Program-made: the position numbers and the translations under genes | Assembly: GCA_964187785.1 (NCBI GenBank) | Contig: OZ076413.1 | Span: 49,106,001-49,170,000, forward strand | Reading direction: 5' to 3' | DNA from: Amphiscolops sp. MND2022 | Lineage: Eukaryota | Length of the DNA stretch: 64,000 nt | Part shown: positions 1-9,200 of the stretch, in pieces | How positions within the stretch are numbered: the first letter of the stretch is position 1 | How the letters are laid out: each line of letters opens with the position of its first letter | Notes under the pieces: model-generated | Told to the model about the DNA's origin: nothing | Databases searched by the model: none | What the model saw: only the letters and a program-made list of their open reading frames with translations

Positions 1-75
1 GCAAATAAGGTTACACTTAAAACATCATGCTCTTAATGAATTTGCTTAGTGATTTAGTGATTTTTTCCTAATTAA

Positions 76-1050
76 ATGAAGTGTATAATTTGTGGAAAAA
101 GTAATGAAAAATCTGTGTATGCAAAGCCAGCAAAGCTGTGCTCCGATTGTGAGAATAAAAAAAGATGTAAAGTGTGTAATATACTGAAAACAGATTTTTA
201 CAAATATAGAAATGGTAAATTGTATAGTACATGTATAGAATGTTTCAATAAAAAAGTAAAATGTGAATTCTGTAATAAAGAATTAAATAAAACTTATTTA
301 TCAAAACATTTAAAAAGATGTAATATCAATCATGATAATACAAATAATGAAATTATAAATCATAATGAAAATCATGATAATAATAATTATACAAATAATA
401 TTATTACAAATGATGATACTGATAATAATGATAATATTATGTTCACCGGAGGCCAACAAAGCTGTAATCGAACATTGATAGTTGGTCCATCATTTTGTGG
501 TAAGACCCATTTGTTATTAAACAAATTACAATTAATTCGTTTAGATAATCCTGAACAAAAGATATGTATCATTACGAGGAGTCCGAAACAATACAATAAA
601 ATTGAAATAGAAGATGTTTCAGTGGAAGAAGATTTAGGTGATAAAAGTATTCAAGATTTTCAAAATTGTTGTGTTGTATTTGATGATATGTTAGACTCCA
701 ATCAGAAATTAATAGATCCATTTTTTACTAGGGGAAGACATAATGATCTGGATGTTTATTATTTATCACAGTCATATTTTGATTTACCTAAAAGAACAAT
801 TAGAAACAATAGTAATATTATAATTTTATTTCAACAAACATTGAAAGATGTTGAACACATTTATAGAGACATAGCAGGTTTTGATATGTCTAATGATGAA
901 TTCAAAAGTTTATGCAGAGAAGCATGGCGGGATCCGTATAATTATTTATTAATAAATAGGTTAGAAGATAAAAATGGGAGTAAGTATATGATATGTAATG
1001 AATCCAATCTACAATACCAGATATTTAATCCACAAACTGATCCTTTTTAG
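76..1050 (+). CDS. Polinton DNA-packaging ATPase (A32/FtsK-HerA-like) with N-terminal Cys-rich zinc-binding region and N/D-rich linker
   Basis: Walker A GPSFCGKT, Walker B VVFDDM and the FTRGRH...YLSQSYFDLPKRTIRNN signature of Polinton/poxvirus A32-type ATPases. Five CxxC pairs in the first ~70 aa. Confidence 0.9.
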   Translation: MKCIICGKSNEKSVYAKPAKLCSDCENKKRCKVCNILKTDFYKYRNGKLYSTCIECFNKKVKCEFCNKELNKTYLSKHLKRCNINHDNTNNEIINHNENHDNNNYTNNIITNDDTDNNDNIMFTGGQQSCNRTLIVGPSFCGKTHLLLNKLQLIRLDNPEQKICIITRSPKQYNKIEIEDVSVEEDLGDKSIQDFQNCCVVFDDMLDSNQKLIDPFFTRGRHNDLDVYYLSQSYFDLPKRTIRNNSNIIILFQQTLKDVEHIYRDIAGFDMSNDEFKSLCREAWRDPYNYLLINRLEDKNGSKYMICNESNLQYQIFNPQTDPF

Positions 1051-2002
1051 TAAAAGTGTTTATAAGGTTTTGATGTTGAATTGTTGTAATACATTGGTAT
1101 TGTAATAGTTTATCTGCAATTGCTATGATTTGTTCACTAAGCATAGGATTATCATTTCCTCCTACTTTTTCAAAATAAAGTAGTTTTAATTGATCTACAA
1201 GCTCATCAGGATCCGATGGAAGGAAGACATACTGATTAAATCCACTTCCTAATTGGGATAGTTGATAAGGAATATGTTGATACTTATATTGATTAATCAA
1301 ATCTTTAATAAAATAATATCTCTTTGATTTTTTATCTCCATAATTTAGATTATATTTCATATCATTTAAAAAAGAATGAATTAGATTCTCGTCATGTATT
1401 TCTTTATCTATTTGTGTATTAGTCATAAAATATTGAAGATCGGGATCATTTAAATTATACGTGTTACCATTCTCGAAAGTTATTGTTGAACCTTTAATTA
1501 ATACTTGTTGGGGATTAGTAGGGTTAATTGTGAATAAATTTGGATTACCTTCACCGAAGGCGAATTGCGTAACAGGTTCTAAACTAAATTGACTTTTGTT
1601 TTTGTCATTAAGCAAATTAGAAACTGTCTTGATTATAGTAGAATCAACTTGGTTGGAATTCACAAGATCTGTAACAAGTTGATTATTACGGTAAGTAATT
1701 TCATCATATTCTTTAATCGATTTTTGTAAATTTTTATTCAAAGCGTTACTCGATTCTCGTATTGCTTGTGTTGTAGTTTGAGTAGAATCACGTAACGCTT
1801 GTAATTGTTTTTCAGATTCTAGCTTGGTTTGGTTTTGACTTTTTTTCTGATTTTCCGTAACAGGTTCAAAAACTTCTTCCATATCGTAATGAAAGTCTTG
1901 CTTCCCTAGTTTCTCTTTTAATCTTTCAGCTTTCAAAGAAGATTTTGTTTCTTGCAATTTTTTTAGTTTCTCTAAATCATCTCGATTATGAATTGAATAC
2001 AT
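1025..2002 (-). CDS. Conserved Polinton hypothetical protein (coiled-coil N-terminus; C-terminal LPSDPxELxxxLxLL...GN motif)
   Basis: Intact 325-aa ORF convergent with and overlapping the ATPase 3' end. GSG...FLPSDPDELVDQLKLL...GGNDN...EQIIAIADKL resembles a motif I recognise from animal Mavericks. Confidence 0.7.
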   Translation of the reverse strand: MYSIHNRDDLEKLKKLQETKSSLKAERLKEKLGKQDFHYDMEEVFEPVTENQKKSQNQTKLESEKQLQALRDSTQTTTQAIRESSNALNKNLQKSIKEYDEITYRNNQLVTDLVNSNQVDSTIIKTVSNLLNDKNKSQFSLEPVTQFAFGEGNPNLFTINPTNPQQVLIKGSTITFENGNTYNLNDPDLQYFMTNTQIDKEIHDENLIHSFLNDMKYNLNYGDKKSKRYYFIKDLINQYKYQHIPYQLSQLGSGFNQYVFLPSDPDELVDQLKLLYFEKVGGNDNPMLSEQIIAIADKLLQYQCITTIQHQNLINTFTKKDQFVD

Positions 2003-2051
2003 AATTTATTATTCATAAAAAATAATATTTAATTTACAGCAAGGCTGTAAA

Positions 2052-3246
2052 TCAATGAATTTTACCCAAGTACAGACCTTTTCCTTGATGAACAAATTTT
2101 ATAATATCAGGAGCAGTTGCGGCTATCATTCGCGGATTTTTACTTGCTGCTGCAGTTCCAATATTTGCTGCTATTTCCAATGCACGGCCTGGGTTATTGA
2201 GTATTTTCTTTCCAACGTTTTTGGCTGCCGAGCCCAAATGTTTAAAAAAATTACCCAATCCCTCTGCTTGTATAGTTTGATCTGATACAATTAATGATTT
2301 ATTTCTTTTACAAGTTGAACAAGTACCTCTTAATAATTTAACAGGTGCTCCTGTTTTTTAGGAGTCGGAAAAATTTTTCGACTACTTATGCAATCGTGTT
2401 TTTTTTTCTCCCGACCTTTTCATGAAAATTTCAAATTTCTCAAAAACTGTCCATACGATTTTCACGAAATTTTGCACAGTCATTCTACACCCAAAGGGGC
2501 CCCTGCGTGTGCAAAGCCATCAAAATCGTATGGCTGGGATGTGAGAAACATAGCCAAAATTAGCCCAAAAATGGCCAAAAAACAGCCATTTTTCGACTTT
2601 CCGATTTTCTCAAAAACTGTCCATACGATTCGAACGAAATTTTCTACAGTTATTCTACACCATATTAGAGTCCTATATGTGCAATGGCATCAAAATCGTA
2701 TGGCTGGGATGTGAGAAACATAGCCAAAATTAGCCCAAAAATGGCCAAAAAACAGCCATTTTTCGACATTTTTCGATTTTCTCAAAAACTGTCCATACGA
2801 TTCGAACGAAATTTTCTACAGATATTCTACACCATATTAGAGTCCTATATATGCAATGGCATCAAAATCGTATGGCTGGGATGTGAGAAACATAGCCAAA
2901 ATTAGCCCAAAAATGGCCAAAAAACAGCCATTTTTCGATTTTCTCAAAAACTGTCCATACGATTCGAACGAAATTTTCTACAGATATTCTACACCATATT
3001 AGAGTCCTATATGTGCAATGGCATCAAAATCGTATGGCTGGGATGTGAGAAACATAGCCAAAATTGGCCCAAAAATGGTCAAAAAAGGGCCATTTTTCGA
3101 CTTCAGAAAAAAAACCTAAGCCGACTCCTTTACCGCACATGCGGCTCTGGTTTATTTTGAGTAATATCTCCACGAATATTTGTGGTAGCGGAATAATATT
3201 TTCCACCGACACAATATGAATTATTTTTAAATTTACTAAAGCTCAT
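2052..3246 (-). pseudogene. Polinton small core/membrane-lytic-like protein (~133 aa) split by a HINE insertion: parts 3246-3151 and 2357-2052
   Basis: Removing 2358-3150 restores one frame: MSFSKFKNNSYCVGGK...ITQNK|KTGAPVKLLRGTCSTCKRNKS...AEGLGNFFKHLGSAAKNVGKKIL...GKGLYLGKIH (Cys motif, GxG sites, amphipathic helix). Confidence 0.75.
2358..3150 (+). mobile_element. Non-autonomous Helentron/DINE-1-like element (HINE family 1) with ~4 internal ~162-172 bp tandem units
   Basis: Subterminal inverted repeats AGGAGTCGG (2360-2368) / CCGACTCCT (3121-3129), 3' hairpin CCGCA-CA-TGCGG, inserted in a T-run with no TSD. Unit marker TGGCTGGGATGTGAGAAACATAGCC at ~2531, 2701, 2873, 3035. Confidence 0.8.
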
Positions 3247-3255
3247 TTAATAGAA

Positions 3256-4304
3256 TTAAATCTTGATGATTTGAATTGTAAAGGTTAATGTTTCGGAGTT
3301 GAAATCAACTGGGTTATGATTGTTATCCTCAAGGAAAAATTGAATACTATCTAACCTTGTTTTGTTTATTTTTTTATACAAAATAATATTGGGTTCTTTT
3401 ATAATTTTATATCCGGGAGGAGCACTAAGAATAAATGAAAATAAAATTTGTTCTCGTATACCATTAACAATTGAACCATCTACACAATCACACTTAAGAT
3501 GAACTTTGTCTGTCGTTGTTATCATAACTGGTTTTTCTGATATATGAGTTCCTGCTGGATATTCCTTGTTTGTAAACCCTAAAAGTTTATTTAATTCTGA
3601 ATTAAAATATATACCACTAGCAGTTGTTAAAACTGATTTCATTGATATTGTATCTGCTTCTATGTTGAGTTTAAATGTAGGACTATCACCAGGTATAAAA
3701 GTACAACAATCAATAAGTTTTTGCTGGATGGCATTATTTATATCAACTAATTCATATGCTCCTGGTGGTAGTTCTATTTCAATGGAATCAGTTACAGATC
3801 CAATTCCAGAAATAACAATTGGTTTATCTTTAATGTGCAAAGCACCTTCGGTATTCTGATTAATTTGATCAATTATTTTCATCAAATAATCATAATCTGT
3901 TTTAGTAATAGTCTTAATTTCAGCATTATCATTAACTATAAGTTTTTAATTTTTTCTATATCACCAGAGGTTTTATATAAATACTCAACATTTGGTACTA
4001 ATTGAGTGTCAACATTAATTTCTTTTAACATTTTTTCTGTATAAAGAAGTTTAAATTTATTGTTCTTCTCAGTAATGTTATATACAGTGTTGTATACTTC
4101 TAAACTTGTTACTCCCATCATCCATTGTTCTGGTAAGTCTAGTGGAATATCAAATGGAAAAGATTCTTTTTGTTTATTCATTTTAAATTCTAGAGTTTCC
4201 TGAGGTTTGGATAAGGTATTTTCAACAATATCCAAATTAGATTTTGCAATACTCAATAAAAGAGATTCTTTTTTATCATAGGTTACAAAATTTAATAGAT
4301 CCAT
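3256..4304 (-). pseudogene. Polinton minor capsid protein (penton, single jelly roll), split into two ORFs by a 1-nt frameshift in an A5 run near 3945
   Basis: N-part F..PLDL..QWMMGVTSLEVYNTVYNI..KNNKF. C-part LPPGAYEL..IN, LLGF, VHLKCDCVDGSIVNG, PPGYKII.EP...YK.IN, LED....PVDFN. Adding one A joins 3936-4304 to 3256-3885 via KLIVNDNAEIK. Confidence 0.8.
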
Positions 4305-4307
4305 TTA

Positions 4308-4502
4308 TTAGGAGAAAAATTGTTTAAATCCACTTGCGGATATCTTATTTATAAATTCTTGGTTTTGTTTTGATAATTTCTTGTTTTGATTATTTTTTGG
4401 ATTATTTTTTTCTATTATTTTCTCATCAAATTGATTCTCATTGGTATTCATTGGTTTTTGAATAATTTTAAATTGAGCTGAATAATTATTAATTTTCTTC
4501 AT
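4308..4502 (-). CDS. Small K/N-rich Polinton hypothetical protein
   Basis: Fills the gap between protease and penton almost exactly and begins with TAAATG like its neighbours. Confidence 0.45.
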   Translation of the reverse strand: MKKINNYSAQFKIIQKPMNTNENQFDEKIIEKNNPKNNQNKKLSKQNQEFINKISASGFKQFFS

Positions 4503-4509
4503 TTAAGAA

Positions 4510-4905
4510 TTATAAATTTTGGTAGTATAAATTTAAAACTGCATTTTTGAAGCCAATTATATTTGTGAGATACAACACATACAAACAATAAGCTGCACAA
4601 TAACTGTCGTCTTTCTGGATTTGATATTCTGAAAAGATACCATTATTAATTTGTTTTGTTATATTTAGTGGTGGTGGACAGCCATATGAATCGAAATAGT
4701 TTTGGTTTGTAAACATAACCCAATGTGTTCCTTTAGTTGGATGTAAGTTAACTATACCACTGGTGGTTATAAATTTATCATCTCTCATATATATTCTACA
4801 AGATGTGTTCATGAGTTTTAAGATTTCTTTTATTTCTACATTGGAAGTTGCTTCATTTTTTATTCCATATTTATTAACAAATTCTTTGAATGATAAATAA
4901 TTCAT
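4510..4905 (-). CDS. Adenain/Ulp1-like (clan CE) cysteine maturation protease of the Polinton
   Basis: IVNLH...GTHWV (His), YFDSYG (Asp), QIQKDDSYCAAYCL (Gln/Cys). Intact 131 aa. Confidence 0.9.
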   Translation of the reverse strand: MNYLSFKEFVNKYGIKNEATSNVEIKEILKLMNTSCRIYMRDDKFITTSGIVNLHPTKGTHWVMFTNQNYFDSYGCPPPLNITKQINNGIFSEYQIQKDDSYCAAYCLYVLYLTNIIGFKNAVLNLYYQNL

Positions 4906-5118
4906 TTAATAGTTATTTTTCCATGATTATATCTTGGTCAATGAATTTTCCATTGGAAAAACTTGTTCATTAATTTTTATTTTGTTAATTTTTCAGTTGT
5001 GAAAAAGGCTGATTTTTAGATGGTTTGATTGGTATTTTGTGAAAAAAGATTAATTTTTTAATGATTTTACGAACTCAAATTTTTCTTATATATAAGGAAC
5101 GGGAATTCGATTACTACT

Positions 5119-6055
5119 GGCAGTGAGTGTAAGCGAGAGAGCTGCCGAAGACAATTCAATTCTAGTGCGATGGAACGAGCGAGTGGTAATTATCCATTCG
5201 TATGCTGACGTCTTTGAGATGAAGCGAGCGAATGTTCGTAATTGTGCTTTCGTTGCCCCGAGTTATTGAGATGAAGCGAATGAGTGTTAATTATTCGTTC
5301 GTTGAGAGCTTCGCGTGCATTCAAATGCGAATGCGAAACTTCGTCTACGCTTAGTAGTTATATTTTCTTTAGTCCGGGAAGAATTAAAGGCGGTGTAAAC
5401 TTGTACAGTGATTACATGTAATTGTGCGCTAAATAATGATCAAACGGGGGCTTCCCACGAAGCAGAATATTCACTAAGCCGAAAAAACGAAAGTATTCAC
5501 TAAGCCGAAAAAAAAACGAAAGTATTCACTAAGCCGAAAAAATGAAAGTATTCACCAAGCCGAAAATTACGTAGCACTGTATAATTCTCTGCAATCTAAT
5601 TGGCTGACGCGGGCGGACCGAAACGAAGTCCGTTCAGAAATTTTATAAAAAAATGAAATTTTCAATTTCCCCTAGTCAGCTATGTTCACATACTCCTAGT
5701 GCCCTAAATGCAGGAGCGAAGCGAAGCGGAGCGACGTGCCATTTGGCCATGCCTCAATGTTGCTACCTGGCGAAGGGAGCGAAGCGACCGAGCCATACAA
5801 CAAATATTCTAACCTCTTCAAATAAATCAAGTTCCATACATATTGGCTGTAACAGTATACATTTCATTGTATTTTTCGGGTTAGTGAATACTTTCAATTT
5901 TTCAGCTTAGTGAATATTCTGCTTCGTGACACCCCACCGATTAAACAAGAGTGTATTGGTATTCCAGATATGATTCTTTTATTAATGAATTTTTTGTTTA
6001 AAAAAAATAAAGATTAAAGCAGAAATAGTACTGAGCCCCGGAGGTGCCTATTTTT
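5119..6055 (+). repeat. Unclassified ~420-bp interspersed repeat (copy 1), interrupted by a MITE
   Basis: Near-identical to 23638-24058 once 5446-5938 is removed. More diverged relatives at ~25920-26425 (+) and ~15600-16560 (-). Confidence 0.8.
5446..5938. mobile_element. MITE with long TIRs containing short tandem subrepeats and an 8-bp TSD (Merlin-like)
   Basis: TIR core CACGAAGCAGAATATTCACTAAGC inverted at both ends, GG...CC termini, TSD GATCAAAC (5438-5445) / GATTAAAC (5939-5946). The empty site is visible in the 23638 copy. Confidence 0.75.
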
Positions 6056-6254
6056 GGATAATCGCTTCAAAAAGTTAACGGGAAGACTTAGTCATCAGTT
6101 GCGAGTTCATGAATCTTATAACTTTTCAAAGAAATTCTATTTAATTCAATACCTAAACCATTAACAATATGTATGTTTTTACTGAAATTTTAATAAAATC
6201 ATCAGGCGTGGGTTGAGAAGTGAATGAAGCATAGCTTTGGAATATTCATTTCAG

Positions 6255-9200
6255 CAAGCTAAGTATGCCCATTCCCGTTAATTTGCAAGTGTACCAAGTG
6301 CGACTCAGTGAGGTGACCAACATGGACCCCATCTCATGTGGTGACCGTGTCAAAGAGTTGACCGAGTCCAGGAGCTTCGCTGACTTCGCTGTCTCTTCGG
6401 GCGACAACACTCGAACCCAAGGTTTGTGGCAATATTTCTTGTCCTGAAGTATTCTATGAACTTAGACAAATGATGGGAATGAGACTTCATGCAATACGTA
6501 GGTTTAGATGAATGTCGTTGCTCATTTTTATTTTCCGCCCATATTTCATATGGGAAAGGAAAATATTTAAATCGAACGGGTTTTTTTTTAAACAAAATTT
6601 GCCAAGAATTTATTTATATCAAAGCTAAAGGGTTTCACCCATAGAATTCAGCTCACATAAATTTAGCTTCGTGCGAATTGTATTTGTGGAGATTTCCGGA
6701 CTTTTTTAGTTGACCCCCAAGGACCCCAGAATGACCCCAAAATAACTTAAAAATGACCCCAAAAAAATTGCATTTTTTTTACGTTTTAATGCAATTTTTG
6801 TCGAGTTTCCGATAAATATCGTGGATTAGAATGTTGAAACGATTCACAAAGACAAAAACTCGTTGTCCAGTAGTCGTTTATGAAGAGATAAATGCGGTTT
6901 TTTGGAAAGAAAAAGACCCAAAAATGACAAAGAAAACCAAAACTTTCCAGATTTTTAACGTTTTTAAGCAGTTTTTGTCAAATTTTCGATAGAATTCGTG
7001 GACTAGAATGTTGAAAATGATCAACATGGTACAAGGTTTGTTGTCCAGTAGGCGTTTCCGAAAAGATAATGGCTGTTTTTTTACTGAAAAAAGTCTCAAA
7101 TTGACACCGAAAATGACAAAAGTCCCTAAATTTTCCATTTTTCAAAGTTTCTACGCATTTCTCGTCAAATTTTGGAGACTTCGTGGATTGGAATGTTTTA
7201 AGGGGTCAACAAGGAAAACGTTGGTTGTCCAGTGACCATTTTTAAGAGTTTATTGCATTTTTCTAAATGAAAATGTCTCAAATTGACACCGAAATTGACA
7301 AAAAACACAAAATTTTCCAACTTTCAAAGTAAAGTTTTATGCCTTTTTTATTTAAGTTTCACAGACTTCGTGGATTGGAATGTTTTGAAGGGTCAACAAT
7401 GAAAACATTGGTACGTCCCGTAGTCTTTAATGAAGACATAATTGCAATATTCTGATTGAAAATGTCTCAAATTGACACCGAAAATGACAAAAATCCCAAA
7501 AATTTCCAATTTTCAAAGATTTCATGCATTTTTTCCAAATTTTTGACAGACTTCGCCAATTGGAACGTTGAAAAGGGTCAACAAGGAAAATAAGTGTTGT
7601 CTTGTATGCTTAGAAAAGAGATAAATACAGTTTTTCAATAGGAAATTGTCCGGAATCGAGATCGAAAAAGACAAAATTTCGAAAAATTATCAAATTCCTT
7701 TTTTCCACTTTTTGTCAAAATATCGATAGACTTCGTGGACTACAGTGTTTAAACGCTTAAGGCGTGGGCAAACTTGTTGTTTCGGTGAGCCTTGGAAAAC
7801 TGAATATTTTGGAAAAACGGAAAATTTTCAAGTTTTTTTTACAATTTCAGGCAGTTTTTTTGACCTACTTCCTTGCATAAAATGGTTTTAAACACTCAAC
7901 ACTAACTAATCCGGGTATCTCCAGTAGGCAATTTTCAAGAGATAACTGCATTTTTTGTTGGAATTGGTCTCAAAAACACTCAAAAATCCATGAAACAACA
8001 AAAAAGCACAATGTTTGACAAACTAATCCCATTTTTGTTCCCACAAGCCATGAAAGTTTTTAAGGAAGAGAAATTTCAATGACCTCACCGTTTAAACAAT
8101 AAGGTATTCAAAACGCAATTGTAGAAAAATGGGCATGAAGTTCACCGAGTTTACAGCAAAGATGTCAAAGTTTCCGAACTTTCTTTATTTTCGACAATAT
8201 AGTCCCAATTTTGGACACTTTCCTAAAACTTACTTCAATCAGAAATATCATAGGCTCAGGATTGAAACGTCTAGCTACCGGTGGTGTTACCGAAAAGATA
8301 TCAGACAAGTTTATTTGCACAACTTTCAAATACTTTACTTGAAAACGTAAATTTTAACCTCATTTGGCCAATATTTGTTATTCAAAAACCTCCAAGCAAA
8401 TTCACTAGATATGGAGTACATCTTCCTAAGAAAGATGTTTCGAGCTACTCGTGGGTTAGAATGGTGTAAACATTCAACAACAGCTAAACTCGGTGTCCAG
8501 TAGGCTTATTTTTGAAGAGACATCTGTAGATTCATGTTCGAAAAGTTTCTCAAATTGACCCTAAGGTTGTCAAACCTATTTGCAATTTTTGACACTTCTG
8601 GTGAAACAATTTACAATAATATAACAAACCGGGTTCGCTCAACTTTCCTAAATTTGAAACAGACCTAATTTCAAGCTTTTGCCATTTTCCCTTTTACCAT
8701 TTATGGCGAAACGAGTTTCAGCTCGCGAAACTGCTTTTCTCAAGCCGAAATGTGCTATGAAAGCAAGGGGTACATTTTGATCAAATGAAAGTTTCGGAAA
8801 GAGGTACAGAGTCGAAAAAAGCTTGAATGAGGTATTTCCCACAATCAAGAAGAAAACTCATCAGTTCCACGTGATCAAAAGTAACAAAGAGGTCACCCTC
8901 AAGACTCGGGAAACTTGTTTCCTTTACAGAAAACTCGAAAACTAAAAATTTTGAAAATGTTTTTAAAAAATTATTTTCAAAAAATTTATTGAAAACTTTC
9001 TTTTTTCTCGGTAAGTTGCATAGTGCCGAAAAAAACGAAAAGTGGTCAGCTCTCTGAAATGATAAATTAAGGGTTTCCTTTAAAATGGGGTACGATGAAT
9101 CAAAGTTTTCTTTTCTTCGAACTTATTGGCATTTTTATAGTGCATTGGCTTATTCTTGAGCCTCAAACTTATGTAGTTGTAGAACAGTTCGGGGCGGAAA

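Larger units (their letters stand above)
1..5118. mobile_element. Right end of a Polinton/Maverick (adintovirus-like) endogenous viral element; left part lies outside the window
   Basis: Tightly packed, intronless, very AT-rich ORFs encoding an A32-like ATPase, an adenain-like protease and a penton-like protein. The block ends in ...CGATTACTACT (5118), matching the AGTAGT/ACTACT Polinton terminus, and is followed at once by an unrelated repeat. Confidence 0.9.

Noticed and set aside
2430..3100. Regularly spaced repeats resembling a CRISPR array
   Set aside because: Whole units, including the would-be spacers, are repeated; there are no cas genes, the context is eukaryotic, and the array is internal to a HINE.
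5468..5570. Four ~25-bp direct repeats TATTCACTAAGCCGAAAA (iteron- or CRISPR-like)
   Set aside because: They are subterminal repeats of a MITE and are mirrored at its other end.
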